From Patellaria atrata CBS 101060 (lineage: Eukaryota): a stretch of DNA of 64,000 bases. This document shows positions 36,659-50,508 of this stretch, one piece after another. The notes beneath the pieces are model-generated. The model saw only the letters and a list, made by a program, of their open reading frames with translations, was not told where the DNA came from and searched no databases. The stretch is taken from positions 477,570-541,569 of the forward strand of contig MU006089.1 of the NCBI GenBank assembly GCA_010093705.1, written 5' to 3'. Numbering within the stretch: position 1 is the stretch's first letter; each line of letters opens with the position of its first letter. The translations under genes were made by a program, and so were the position numbers.

Positions 36659-39049
36659 TCACTTCGTCCTCAGCAACAACAATCTCGCGACCAGCCTATC
36701 AAAGAAGAGATCCATATCCTCCAACCCGCCGACCTTAACCTTCGCCCTCTCCTCAAAATACGCGCCACAGGCTTGCATATCCCTCTTCAAGCTAGCCACG
36801 AACCTATGTCCGGGATCGGGCCGCTCGAACTCCATTTCCACCGCGTCCTCGGTCAACCTCGCATGGCACTCACCATAGCACAATTTATAAAAATTGAGCA
36901 GAGTATCGACGCCCGCTTCGTCCACGGCCTCGAGCACGGCCGCCTGCCTCTTGACGTTCGAGTACTCCGATGCGGACGGGGCGTTGCCGTCGTACAGACA
37001 ATGGTACGGAACCCGCGCGGCGTGGTACTGCACACTCTCAATGGTCATGAGGACCAAGGCGAAGGCGCTGAGTACGATGGGCCATTGGGAGCAGTTCCGG
37101 GAGAGGGATAGGCGCTCCAGGTTGGAGAGGATGTCGCGCATGAGGTCGCGGGCTAGCTCGGGCATGACGGCGCCCATTTGGCCGCGGATGAAGCAGGGGG
37201 TTGCGCCGGCGTGGACGGCGGGGTTGTTGGGGAGGACGTCGGCGAGGATTTCTTGGACCGCTGGGGAATGCGGGACTTGAATGTCGTCGCCGATGTGGAC
37301 GAGGACGAGCAGTTTGAGGGCAGTGTGGAGGATGGAATTGTGATCCTGGTAAGGTTAAGTTGGTAAGGAGATAGAGAGGTGCGGATTCTATATTGATCAT
37401 ACCTGGGATAGTCTTCTATACAAGATATAGATATCACGTAGGACATTGCTAGAGGAGACATAAACTGGAAAGTAAGCGAAATCACGGTCCACCAAGACTG
37501 ACAGGTGATTGTTCAAGCTGGTCTTTAGGTCCGAGGTGTCCGACAATATGGCTGGAAAGACTGAATTGCAGCGTGATTTGCCGTGTCCTTGACTAGGAGG
37601 CCAATCATAAACGACATGGGAATGGAACAGTTGGCTGCTGTCATTCGGTACCACCACACGGACGCGACGCTGAAAGTATGTACCAAAGCCAATATTCAAA
37701 GGGATGACATACTCCTTACTTGAGATAAAGTAGGAGCCTTCACCAAGGAACTGGTCGACGGATCTTCTTGAAGGGAAACACTTCAGGTTCTCTGTCTTAC
37801 CCATCAGTACCGTTCTTGGTCAAGACAGATGGATGTGCGAGGATCGATCTTTGGGCACGATTGTAAACCAAAACCACACGAATATCGAAACCAAATGTAA
37901 AATCACGTCGAATCATGTAACAATGCTATTATTTCTTACCAGAAAGTAAAGTAGCGGAAAGGTTTTCTAGAAGTCTGCCACGACATGGATGTCGAACCAG
38001 ATCGCCTTTGTAATATTCAACACAGGCCTTGCAAGGAGAGCCAGGATCACACTATTGAAACCATGTTAGATCATACAGAGTAAGAAGATTTATCTACGCA
38101 CTTTCTCTTTTCGTCGTCGACAGGCATTGCAAGAGCCAACAATACGCATCAAGTGGGCATGGCTCCTTTGATCGGGGGTCAGTTTCCCTCTCCGACCTCG
38201 TGGTCGTTTATTCGAACTGATGTCTAGTGAGACTATGCTTAGCCTATCGTTATTGACACTGTACTGGAACCATTGACCATTAGATGATCTGTTGGATGAG
38301 CTTCTTGGCCGATATGACCTTGTGGCCATAGAGGTTTTGTTGCCTGTCGGGATAGCAATGGCTTCTGAACTCGCATGCTTAGAAGGTCCAGATTTCACTA
38401 CCTGTTCCTGGGATTTTCCAAAGTCTTTGTTATAGCTTGAACCAGCATAATCAAAAGACGACCAAGCTTCTCTATTGACGAAATCCATAGACGTTGCTTT
38501 CGATGATGAGCTACTACTCAAGGCTTCCAGTCCCGTATTGTCAAGAGTTGCTGTTGAGTAGCCAAAACCTTCGAATTCAGATATATTTGAGTTAAAGCTT
38601 TGGAATGGTGAATCCGTCGTTATCGAGCTGGCCCAAGACGCTGGAAAACCTCCCCAAGAAGACCATGTGGACGAGGAAAAGGGTGAGCTCATTGTTGGAG
38701 AGATATTCATCTCCACTGGGTCAAAGGAGAAGGAGGTCTCTGATTGTGGTACAGATGTAGAATAGACATTGGTGTCATCTTGGGAGAATGCATCGTAGTT
38801 ATCCCCTTCCTGCCATACCGAATCTTGCCAGTCCTCTCTTTCCCCGGAGCGGAAAAATGACGAATTGGTTCGAAAGTTTTCCTCACCATCAAATGATTGC
38901 ATACAGGGCAGTGACTCTATAACATTCAATTGGCCATGTGAGTAATTGTGGGACTCTGTAACTGACCTAAATGAATAGCTTAATGTGTCGATGTTGCTGA
39001 ATTGATATCAACAAGCTTTTTCGGTCTCTTACCGAACTATGTCTTTCAT
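36659..39049 (-). CDS. Zn(II)2Cys6 fungal transcription factor
   Basis: The cluster is split by an intron: CNACRRRKEK/CDPGSPCKACVEYYKGDLVRHPC, preceded by the basic segment RGRRGKL. About 4 introns; first exon MKDIVR (ATG at 39049). Confidence 0.82.
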
Positions 39050-39673
39050 GCAAATCGTCTCAAGAGTCAGAATAGGAAAGAAGACAAGAGAGGTCGAGTC
39101 TGAAACAAAGGAAAGGTGGGAACTTAATACACAGCCGTCGTAAGTAAGGCTGAGGCGTAACGATCGTAACGATGTCACAAGGCAAACAGCTCCCCAGGCA
39201 TCAGCCTAGTCTATCGGGAGACAAAGTACGCCCTGCAACGCTTACATCGATAAATGACTCGATGTAAATTGCAAAAGAAAACACATGCGGAAATGCTCAT
39301 CACTACTATCTGGCCTATTAGCAGTTGGCCGTCGGGATGGTTACCTTTAGTGTTGTCGAAGTCATTTGCCGCGCTATTGTATGGGAGGATTTTGCCCGGC
39401 CTTGGACTCTTTTGACCGGTGAACCTTCCCCCTTTCCCCCATATTCCCCCACTCATGGGCTGAACGAGGTCTGCAACCAAACAAAACATCTAAATATACT
39501 CGTAAATAGCATGTGAATGACACAGAACACCATGACAACGTTCGGGAAACTGTAGATACAGTCATAGTTCATCACTAGATGGCGGTGTGTAGCTTCTTCG
39601 TATCTACCTTGTTTAGACCGATGCAGACCCCAAATCGAATGAAAAAAAAAACAGAGTACTCTCATACAGCCTA

Positions 39674-41521
39674 TCAAATTCCACTTTGTCTCCATGCTTC
39701 ACATGGTGTACCAAGGAAGTAGTAGTTCCCAAGTCTGTTCCCAATCGCATCCTCCCCCCTTCCACCCGGTCCTTTCATGAATTGATAGCGTTCTGCGCTC
39801 AAATACTGATCAGCCTCCCTAAAAGTAGGGCTTGCATTCCTGAATTCCACCGGCTTTGGACGAAAAGCCATTTCCTTTTGGTGAGAACGAGACTCTAAGT
39901 CCGCCTTGCCATGATGAAATACGGGCAATTGAGCCCCAATCCCTTTTCCTGGTTCCTTTGAATTGTCCATATCTTCCCTTAAGATTTCAACCTGCTTCTT
40001 CATGACGCGCCAGAATTCATACTTATCAAGATCCTCATCATCGTCCTCATCATCGTCCTCATCACTGCCAAACCCAATTACTCGGCGCTTGGTATGACTA
40101 CGTGCGAGGACAAGCAGAGTAGCTACAAATGCTTCTTGCATGTAAGCGAAGCTGAAACCATCCGTGATACTAGCAATGGCGTTACAGAGTTTGACCGGAA
40201 AGTCTATAGCGTGTTTTCCCTTGATCTTTTTGCGCCAAAACTTAGAGTATTGAACCCTCTCAGCCTGCAAAGTCAATAGGTAAGCTCTGAACGAACACTG
40301 TTTTAATGAAAGCTTACCTTTGATGGTAGTGGAAACAAGTATTTGCGGTCAAATCTACTAGGACGCTTTGATAATCCTGGGTCGAGCTTGTCAATGTGGT
40401 TCGTGCTTGCAACCATCAAGATGCCATCATTGTTCTCGAGGCCGTCAACCTCATTGAGAAAGTAGCTACGAGTCGATTCAGTGACAATTGTATCAATATC
40501 TTCTAGGACTAGGAGACATGGTGCCTTAAGTCGAGCTAGTGCGAAGACTTCTCGGATGTTCCATGTGCTTGATGACTGTCAGCAACTATCTCTAATGCTA
40601 GTGAAGTAATTCACTACTCACTATGGTGCCGATTTGACGTAAAGGGTTGGAACTGCAGGAGAACGGTCGGCTAAAGTGTGCATAAGAGCTGAGTTGTGTG
40701 AGCATCATGCGAGTATTTTAAACCTTTTCAAACATGATGTTACCTTTTATACTAATTGTTTTTCCATTACCAGCTGGACCGTAGAAGATCAATCCCCGTT
40801 TCCAGGGTACTCCGAATTCATCGTAAACTTCTTTGCCTGGCTATAATTAGCGTATAACATTCAGACAATAGTTTAGACACTCACTGTCGAAGAATTTTTC
40901 GCTGACATCCGTTAGGTCCTTCTTCATGTCAGGATCCAGAATAACTTTATCCCATGATGCTTTCTGGACTTGTTCGTATAACTGTGTGCTTCTGGTCCAG
41001 TAGTTATCGTATACATAGATGCTCGGTGGAGGAGGGGGAAATTGCCAGCTGCCAACAGTTTGAATCAATTCGTCAGTGACTGAAGAATTGGACAAGGTCG
41101 ACTCATGTCCTCTCGGTTCCTTAAGTATATACTGGACAGTGATATACCCCTCGACTACACTATAAAGGATGAAGTACTCGTCCTTCCACTTGTAATTGTA
41201 TTTCGCAAAGAAGATCGCTTCTCCTATGCCTCCATGACCATTAGAGGAGGGAACATATCCCCTCCATCTGATAATAGAGTCGGTTTTGGTATCAAGCTCG
41301 GCTGTAGCATGTCCAGCTGCGGCAAATTGTAGTAGGCTGACGTTGTTACCGGGAACAACAGTCACAATCAGGTCTGGGTATTGCTCTCTCAGTTTAGCAG
41401 TTATCTGGACGTCGATGTCGGTATATTTCCCAGAGGTCATATCATGGTAACCAGGAAAGAGTTGAGGTAGTTCATGTTCTTCAGACTTAGTGATGATTTC
41501 AAAGGGCTCTGGAGCTGACAT
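39674..41521 (-). CDS. AAA+ ATPase (BCS1-like/unclassified fungal family)
   Basis: [18 protein letters not shown] (Walker A), LLVLEDID (Walker B variant), [30 protein letters not shown]. Four introns. Confidence 0.88.
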
Positions 41522-42946
41522 CTTGAAGCTGATATATGAGAGAGATGGTGTGATGTGAGATTCGATTTGGGATTATACCAAATCACTGAGAAACTTAATC
41601 ACAAATGACGGATTTCAAACGGCTTTTGAAGCTCTCCAGGCACCAGCTTCGAAAGCTTTGAGATGAGTCGTCAATGATGGTGGGAGGATCGGGTCTGAGA
41701 CCTACTAAATTCGGGGCTTCTGCTTTTGATCCCTGAATCCTGAGATATATTGAGGTAAAAGTATACTCTATTCCAAGGGGATGGACTCAGCCTCTTATGC
41801 TCCCCGGGGTGTCATGAGTGATGTTGGCCTTTTTGATAGATTAGGAACGTCATTGGCTTGGTACAACGTCTGCCCTGCCACCTTCCCTTCGTGTCAAGCT
41901 CAATACTGAAACAAGACCTCCATCATCCCAAAGGCGGAGGTGACTAGCAATCTTGAAATGGGACTTTGGTCCAGATGCTTGGGCGGGATATAAGCTTTTT
42001 TCTATGAATAATAGAGATACTCTGCGCGATTGTCCCATACATGTGGGCTGTTCAAGTTAGAGCTGGCTGTGCTGGATCCTGGAGTAGCTCTTCTACTGGC
42101 TCTAGCTCTAACTCTATAGTGCTTTAACCTAGCGGTCTAATAAGTGCAGACTATACAGTACTTGTTCAAGTATACAGTATCTATGCGGCGGTTCATTCGG
42201 TATCGTTGATGGACCCTGACTTGCATCTGTGTCATTTCATCCATAGGAGTATAGCGCCCAATTCTCAGAGCTAACAGAAGAGGTGGCGGACAATAGCAGA
42301 CTTAAAATTCCAAGTTAACAACGACTCTTGAAGCTCTTCTAGTTTACGGCTATATGAGAGGATGAATTGCCTTACTTTCTGTTCTGTACCTTATTAACTT
42401 TGCTTTCACGGACATTTAAATCCCGCAGTACAGTGACGTGCATGCACCCGGGAGCGAGAGATATAACCTCAACCCCCCTCCTACCCCAGATTCCTATCCA
42501 AGCTATCCTCCTTCTCCAGGAACTCATCCTGCCATAATACTACTGTATACTTTCAAAGTCTAGCGCCTCTTTATTTCTTGTGATAGAGCTGATGATGCGG
42601 GCAACTGCACATGATCCTTCGAGATGCAGTGGGAACAAAATTCGGCTGGGACGGCGCCCAGCAAAAGGCCAATCGAACTCAGTCGAGATCCCGCTTTGTC
42701 ACCACTCACTTCCCCTAAGTGCAAGATATGGCGAGAATAGATGGATATCCACGGCCTAAAGAAAGATTCTTCAACACCCTCGTCTTTCCTTCATTCATAG
42801 CCTGGCCACTCTATTCAATCTGACAACTTTGCTTATTCTCCTCAACAAAACCTACCCTTTATCAGTCTTTTGACACTATCCTAAGAACACCACAACCGCA
42901 CAACCCCACCAAACGACAAAAGCAAGACAGCTGAATATTTACTGCA

Positions 42947-44578
42947 ATGTCTCCCATAGCAATCAGCAATCACAGCAATACTACCAATGGATCCAGCTTA
43001 AAACCAACTGCGAAGTCGTTCCATCCAACCGGTAATTCAGGCCTAAAGAAATACCACGCCTCTTCCACGGCGGCTGCAATCTCCAGTGAACACGAATTCG
43101 CTGCACACAATTGTACGGATATATCTACTTCCTGCTACCCCCCTACATTCCCATTAACACTATCTCTAGATCATCCTCTTCCAGTTGTGTTCAGTAGGGC
43201 TTCTGGATGCTCAGTATGGGATCCTGAAGGTAAACACTACCTCGATTTCCTATCTGCATACAGCGCCGTCAACCAAGGCCATTGTCATCCCGAGCTCGTG
43301 AAAGCTCTGACGGAGCAGGCTTCCAGGTTGACCCTCAGTAGCCGTGCCTTCTACAACGATGTTTTCCCCAAATTTGCAGAATTCGCCACTAGAATATTCG
43401 GGTTTGACATGGTGCTCCCTATGAATACTGGCGCGGAGGCCGTTGAAACAGCTATCAAGATTGCGAGGAAATGGGGTTACAAAGTCAAGGGCATACCCGA
43501 GAATGAGGCACTCGTCTTCGGTGCGCAGGAAAATTTCCACGGAAGGACGGTAAGTAAACGTATAGGGTTCAAGCTCTTGTGTTGACATCCGGTTCCTCGT
43601 AGTTCGCCGCAATCACCATGTCCACAGATCCAGAGTCCCGAGAAAACTATGGCCCATATCTCCCCAACATTGGCAGTATCAGCCCTTCTACTGGCAAGCC
43701 GATAAGATACAATAATGTTGGTGATGTACAGGAGGTACTAGAAGCACATGGAAGAAACACCGCCGCTTTCCTCGTCGAACCCATTCAAGGTGAAGCAGGT
43801 ATTGTTGTGCCCGATGACAACTATCTCCGTGAGGTTAAAGCTCTCTGTGAGAAGCACAACGTCCTACTCATCTGTGATGAAATTCAGACAGGAATTGCAC
43901 GTACAGGTAAACTTTTATGCCATGAATGGAGCGGCATCAAACCCGATCTTGTACTTCTAGGAAAAGCTATATCTGGTGGAATGTACCCTGTTTCCTGCGT
44001 ATTAGGGTCGAAGGAAGTTATGCTCACTATTGAGCCGGGCACGCATGGCTCGACGTACGGAGGCAATCCATTGGGATCTGCTGTGGCTATCCGCGCCCTT
44101 GAGCTCGTACAAGAGGAGAACATGACTGCGAACGCTCAACGTCTGGGCGAACTTTTCAGGGATGGTCTTGCGAAGATCAACAACCCAATGATCATGACGA
44201 TCAGGGGTAAAGGTCTCTTGAACGCCATCGTCATCGACGAAGGTAGGACTAACGGCCACAGTGCGTGGGATCTATGTATGCTCTTTAAGGAGAAGGGGCT
44301 TTTGGTAGGCCGCCTCCAAGATCGCACCCCTTCGAAAGATCGCGAATGGGTTGCCACCTGCTGAAATAAACCATACTAACAACAGTGCACAGGCTAAACC
44401 CACTCATCAGAATATCATAAGGCTCGCACCGCCACTTGTAATCGCAGAGTCTGAAATACAGACTGCTCTCCGTATCATCAAAGAGGCTATGGAAGAGCTT
44501 CCAGATTTGAACGGTAAGCGCGAGGATGAGATCATTCCCCTGGGTGAGAGAAACATACATATTGGCGTAGACAATTGA
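42947..44578 (+). CDS. CAR2: Ornithine aminotransferase
   Basis: AHNYHPLP (after intron 43113-43169), [45 protein letters not shown] lysine in [23 protein letters not shown]. Confidence 0.96.
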
Positions 44579-45332
44579 TGTGTTCATATTTCACTACCTT
44601 ATACCCGGCCTTCTTTTTATGGCCATTGGGGGATTCGTAAATTGCGAGAGAATTTTCAGCATATGTGGACTCTGGTGGCGAATACATAACAGACTGCTTC
44701 GTAGATGGTAACCTGGCTCTGGGTTCTGGGTATGTATTCTCAGAATCTTGGGAAACTGGATTAGGTAGGAAGTTATCTGAGCCCAATGCTCTTCTCAGAT
44801 TTATGTAATGTCAGCAATGTCTATCACAACCTGAGGTGGAGCTTTAACAGTCTCGTTGACCATGGTTACTGCAAGTTCCATAATGGAAATCTATATAAGG
44901 TTTTGAATCGTAACACATGAATCTGGATGTGGCACTTTTGAGAGTGGTTCGACGAGCAAGTGCATTAAATCCAAGGGTATATAACCAAATGAGTCATGAT
45001 CGTCAGAATTCTAAAAGTCGTAAAAAAAGACGTCCAAGATAGAAACATCCAGGTGAGGAAATAATTCTTGCGGAGATGAAATGCAAGGTTTAGGGAAGGA
45101 AACGACCATGACCATTGACAATGAGTGCCTTCCTCTTTCCAAATCGCACCTTCCCATCCACGAGCCCCTATCTAATGGAACATGAATTCCTGACTGAATC
45201 CTCGATCAGTAACGACAAGCTCTTCCCATCCCAGGTTTTCACCCCTGCTAAGGAAGCTTCCTTTCCTCTTGTAATCCACCAACTCTTTGACACGGAACGA
45301 TACTTATTTGCATTCAAGCATGCTTCATTACC

Positions 45333-46052
45333 CTACATGAAGGCCTTCGCGATCTTTAGGGCACTACCAAGAGTGTCACCGTTCATTAATCCGCCACCCA
45401 GACCAGCTCCCTTAGCGATACCCCCAATGTCGAATCCATCATCATACCCCTTGCTACCGTAATAGCCTCCACTACCTCCAGCCATCTCCTTTGCCGCTTT
45501 CGCGCCCATCAAGAAGGCTGGAAGCTTGATGCCAAACGTCTTTGCTATACTAGCAAGGACACCTCCGCTGATCAGGGGCATGATGACCAGGAAGAACACC
45601 TTGAACGGATGGCGTTTGCCGTACTTCACCAAGTCGTGGAAAAGTACCTTAAGCTTGTAGATCAGGTATTTGATATACCCATCCCTAGGACGGACACGGT
45701 GACCACGGTATGAGGAGCTACGGCTGTACGTCGAGCCTGAAGACGACCGTGCGTACGATGGTCGGTGGTGCGAGCTCGAGGAAGAGGAGAACCACCCCAT
45801 TTCTTTTACACGCGCGATGATACGATCGTAGGTGCGCTCGAGGAATTGGATGGTATGCCGTACGAGGAGGGAAACAATGACAGCTTTCGGAAGTGTCTCA
45901 ATAACCTCGATGAAGAGCGATTTGGGCTCTTTGGGCTGGGATGGGCTGAGACCCGCGAGAGCTGAGAGAGCTTGCCACGGGATCGAGACGTAGAGGGGGT
46001 TATCGCAATTGGGACAGTTGAGGTCGGGAGAGCTGGAGGGAGGAGGGTACAT
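45333..46052 (-). CDS. Fungal hypothetical protein with one TM segment and a Gly-rich tail
   Basis: Intronless ORF: Ser/Arg-rich segment, RPRDGY, HPFKVFFLVIMPLISGGVL, Gly-rich C-terminus. Alternative start MGWF at 45800. Confidence 0.7.
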   Translation of the reverse strand: MYPPPSSSPDLNCPNCDNPLYVSIPWQALSALAGLSPSQPKEPKSLFIEVIETLPKAVIVSLLVRHTIQFLERTYDRIIARVKEMGWFSSSSSSHHRPSYARSSSGSTYSRSSSYRGHRVRPRDGYIKYLIYKLKVLFHDLVKYGKRHPFKVFFLVIMPLISGGVLASIAKTFGIKLPAFLMGAKAAKEMAGGSGGYYGSKGYDDGFDIGGIAKGAGLGGGLMNGDTLGSALKIAKAFM

Positions 46053-46663
46053 GAACGAGGGGAGCGGAGTGAAGTTAAGGAAGGGTTTTAGGGTAGCTTT
46101 TAGGTGCTAAAAGTAACAATTTCAGCTGATGTGGTATGGTGCTTCAGGTCGGACTGTTTGCGCCCAGAGATAGACCGCTCTTGCCGGTGGTTGGGGGATC
46201 TTCGCGGGTGCACAGAGGTGGCGGGCTACTGCAGGACAACTGCAAGCTACGGTATGCGAGTAGTCGCTTCAATCAGGACTGCTACTTTATCATAGTAATA
46301 AAAGAAAGTAATAAGTTGAGGAATTCTTTCTCTATAGGAGTCTGTGTCATATCTACCCTACTATATAATTATTGTGTATGATACGGGAAAACTTCTAATT
46401 CCGGAGGTTCTTAAGTCTTAAGCAGACTTTATCTTCACGTGATTTGGCGATCCGTCAACGTCATGCTCCGCCAGGCTTCTGATGAGACAAATGTCCAAGG
46501 TCTTAGACGAGACATAAAGCAGCCTTTCTATTTTCTCGCCCAAACAACTCCAGGCGCAAACTACCTCTTAAATACCGTTATACCCTAAGAACTCCCTATT
46601 CTTATCTTTCGTACAATTTGAGGAGTTCTTTCATTGACTTCCTAGCCAAGATCTATATTCATA

Positions 46664-47497
46664 ATGTCGTGTATGCTCCCCTGGCACTGTTTTCACATGT
46701 TGAACAAGGCTAATCTCTTCATACAGCGCAACCAGTAGATTACTGTACATATTTCTGTCTTCGCTGTATTAGTGTCCTTAGTAACGATTCAGATCAGACA
46801 AGACGCTTGAAGTCGAATCTAAAGCCACGCAGCAACAGATTCGCGATGCCTACAAACGGTATCTTCCCCCTTACCATCTTGAATATCTCCTTTCACACTC
46901 GTCTACAACTGGAAACTGACAGTATAACCCTTCAGGCAAGCTCTAAAACACCACCCTGACCGCGTCCCCACCGACTCTCCCGAACGCCAACAACGCACCA
47001 AAAGATTCCAACAGATAAACGACGCATACTACACCCTCTCCGACCCTACCCGTCGGCGCGACTACGATGCTGCCCGCACCTTCGCCTCTGGCCCCTCGGA
47101 TAAGGACACCAGTACCGGCGGATCCTTCCCCTTCAGCTCCTTCTTCGGCGGCGGTCGCACCCAAGCCCACGAACAAGAAGAGTTCTCGAACGAGCAGTTC
47201 GGCTCCGTTTTTGAGGACATGTTGCGCGAAGAGGGTATGGCGGAGGGCTCTGATGCCACTCCCACGGGGAAGTTCTGGAGCATGGTTGGTGGGTTGAGCG
47301 GTGGGGCTATGGGGTTTATTGTTGCGAATTTGCCGGGTGCGCTCGCCGGAGCTGTTGCGGGGAACAGATTAGGCGCGATTAGAGATGCGAGGGGGAAGAG
47401 TGTATACAGTGTGTTCCAGGAGTTACCTCAGTCCGATAAGGCGAGGTTGTTAAGTGAGATGGCGACTAAGGTCTTTGCGCATGCGGTGGGAAGCTGA
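46664..47497 (+). CDS. DnaJ (J-domain) protein with hydrophobic Gly-rich C-terminus
   Basis: Spliced MSSQPVDYYKTLEV...IRDAYKRQALKHHPDR (HPD motif) and FQQINDAYYTLSDP. Three introns; the first two coding exons are 7 nt and 18 nt (46727-46744). Confidence 0.9.
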
Positions 47498-47926
47498 GGG
47501 ATCAGCTGTGCGATGGGAACGGCGTTCTGTCGATGAGACGATGAAGGGTTGTTACAGCATGTTTTTATGAGTTTGTTGTTTGTTTTTGGTTCCATTTGGA
47601 TTGCTGATATGCGCCGGTAAACGCTTAAATTCCGCTATTACAGCATGTTATGTCCACTGTCCACGGAAGCCACAAGGATATCATTTTCAGAGTAGAAGTA
47701 CAAGTGAGAGAAGGCCGCTCAACTGTCTCCCGCCGCCCATGTCATTTTGTATGATCCACGTTAGGAGTGTACGTTTTACCTCTTAGATCTAAGAAGAGCG
47801 GGGGGTGGAGGGGGACGCTGATGATGACTAAGCAAAATATTCTCCGACAGACGCGAGTATCTGTGTCCTTAAGTTTCAGTGAGACGAGGCAGCAATACCT
47901 CATAGTCAACCAAATACGCTACAATT

Positions 47927-49457
47927 ATGATCCAGGCGTTTTTACAGGTACGTTGGTTTCTCCTTGAGTTTTAAGTGAGACTAACACTCTCAGCGGCTGG
48001 CGCGCTTTTTCGATCGTCCAATATTCCCCTGGAAGAAAATAGTAGTAGGCTTTTCTCTCGGGCAGTTCTTCCTCGAGAATTTCCTTCTCTACCGCCAGTA
48101 CAATGTGTACAAGCGAACTGTGATTCCAAAAGCTTTGAAGAATGAAATTACCCAGGAAAAGTTTGACAAGAGCCAGGTACAAAACATACCCAAGATCAGT
48201 CGGATAATTGGAGCTCACAAGTTGTAGGCATACGGTCGCGCAAAAGCCAAATTCAGCTTCGTAAACGCCGTTTGGAACCAGTCTAAATCCCTCGCTATTA
48301 TTTACTTCGACATCTGGCCCAAAGTATGGGCTCTGACCGGCTTATGGATCGCTCGATATGCACCCTCTCGCTTCTCTGGTGAAATCACACACTCGCTCGT
48401 CTTCTTCTTCTTCTGGAGCTTTGTTGACACAATCATGAACATACCCTTCGACTACTATCATCATTTCATCCAGGAACAAAAGTTTGGTTTCAATAAGATG
48501 ACCGTAGATCTGTGGATAAAGGATATGATCAAGGGCCAGGCGTTAGGAATCGCGTTCGGTGTACCTATTGGAAGCGCCTTTCTGGCTATCATCAAGAAGA
48601 CCGGGCAGAGCTTCTTTTACTATATCTGGATGTTCATGCTTGCGGTTCAGGTCATGGCTATTACCATCTACCCAATTCTAATCGTTCCTCTCTTTAACAA
48701 GCTCTCCCCCCTGGAAGCTGGGCCCCTGAAGGAAGGCGTTGAAGCTCTTGCATCTAAACTCAAATTCCCGTTGGCCGAGCTCTTCGTTATCGATGGGAGC
48801 AAACGTAGTTCTCACAGCAATGCTTACTTTACCGGACTCCCGTGGAAGAAGAAGATTGTCATTTATGATACATTGATTGATCAGAGCGGCAACAAACACG
48901 AGGAAGTGGAAGCAGTTCTTGCACATGAACTTGGTCACTGGAAGATGGGTCATACAACGAGGCTCCTGCTCATCAGTCAGGTCCATTTGTTCTACATATT
49001 CTCATTGTTCTCCGTCTTCATTAACAACAGGTCGGTTTACGAGGAATTTGGATTCCACAACGAAAAGCCAATCGCCATTGGCTTCTTACTGTTTAGTGAA
49101 ATCCTCTCGCCCACTGACTCTGTAATCAAGCTGCTTATGAACATGCTGACGCGAAAGTATGAGTACGAAGCTGGTAAGTTGACCCTTAACCTTCTAGTCT
49201 GGATTTGAAATACTGACGAACAATTAGACGCATTCGCTGTAAAGCTTGGTTACACCGCTCAGCTATCAAGAGCTTTGCTGAAGCTTCAGATCTCAAATCT
49301 TTCGAGTATGGATGCTGACTGGATGTATTCGGCTTTCCATTACTCGCATCCCATCTTGACGGAGCGTTTGAGGGCGATGAATTGGGATAGCGATAAATCT
49401 ACCCCTAAGCAGGTGGACGAGCAAAAGGCATTGAAGGTGGCCGATCGAGAGTTGTAG
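47927..49457 (+). CDS. STE24: CAAX prenyl protease 1 (peptidase M48)
   Basis: FPWKKIVVGFS, EQKFGFNKMT, DGSKRSSHSNAYFTG, HELGH (HExxH), EYEA/DAFA, HYSHP. Four introns or fewer. Confidence 0.96.
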
Positions 49458-49615
49458 TCTGACTCAATTGCCGACCCCGTTGGATTGGGGTCGAATAAAT
49501 AGCATATCCGCGTAGTCGTGTAATTAACCTCGAAATCCACTAACTTTCGTTCAATGGCGAAGTAAATCGTGGATCGGATCCAGTGCTCCAACCCGTCTCT
49601 CATCCTGACTAACCC

Positions 49616-50263
49616 TCAACCAAGCTTTGCTCTCTTCCTCGCCTCCTCCTTCTCCCTCTTCATCGCCTTTTCCCTCTCCTTCTTCGCCCGCTTCCTCGCC
49701 TCTTTATCAACAACACCTCCCCTCACCTCTCCATTTTCCCTCACTTGTCCATCCACCTCCATCTGCGTGCTCACAACTTGAACCTCAGGCTGCTCACCCC
49801 CATCGACCCCATTATCCCTCATCCCAATCTCTCCTTCCGTAACCTCCTGCTCCCGCCTAAAAGCCTCCATATCCTCCCACCCCTCTCCATCCTCATCCGC
49901 ACCCCCCTCCTGCCTCATCCCCTTCTCCGTCTCCTCAATCAGCACGTCAAGCACAACATCATCCCTCTCCCCCCTCCCCACCGTCGCGTACTCCCTCTCT
50001 TTCGGCGGATCCGGCTCCAGATGCTCGCCGCGCAGCCCGGCTTCCACGCGCCGCAGGTTGTGCAGCACGATGCCGCCGGCGGCGCCGGACGCGAGCGGGT
50101 ATTTGAGACCCGAGGGCGTAAAGGTGCTGTCGGGGTGGAGGTGGGGGGCTTTCGTCGAGGCTGCGAGGTAGGATTGCAAGAGTTCGAGGGCGCGGGAGGG
50201 GGGAACGGCGGTTGTTAGTTGGGGGTGCTGTAGATGCGGAGGGAGTGATCTGGGAGGAGGCAT
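49616..50263 (-). CDS. RPA14: RNA polymerase I subunit Rpa14-like protein
   Basis: LLQSYL...HLHPDS...IVLHNLRRVEAGLRGE resembles the fungal A14 core. Acidic middle and a Lys/Arg-rich coiled C-terminus. Confidence 0.7.
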   Translation of the reverse strand: MPPPRSLPPHLQHPQLTTAVPPSRALELLQSYLAASTKAPHLHPDSTFTPSGLKYPLASGAAGGIVLHNLRRVEAGLRGEHLEPDPPKEREYATVGRGERDDVVLDVLIEETEKGMRQEGGADEDGEGWEDMEAFRREQEVTEGEIGMRDNGVDGGEQPEVQVVSTQMEVDGQVRENGEVRGGVVDKEARKRAKKEREKAMKREKEEARKRAKLG

Positions 50264-50508
50264 TGTGGGTAGAGGAAAGCAATTGCTGCGCCAGGGTCTG
50301 GTTGCCGGTTGGTGTGCTGGTTGCGGATGGCTATCGCATGTAGAGGAAAAATGTTTAAAGTGAGAAGTTTGTAAAATTCGGCGCACGGACCATCTTTAAG
50401 TTTATCGGACCTCAAGTTCTCACACTGTACCCGACTTTCACCTGCGGACGACGAGCTTCCCAAGAAATACCCACGACTCCAAGCCCTCAACCCCATCCAC
50501 CTCACTCA

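Noticed and set aside
50264..50386. N-terminal extension of the Rpa14-like ORF
   Set aside because: It begins at a GTG in the ORF track; the first ATG is at 50263.
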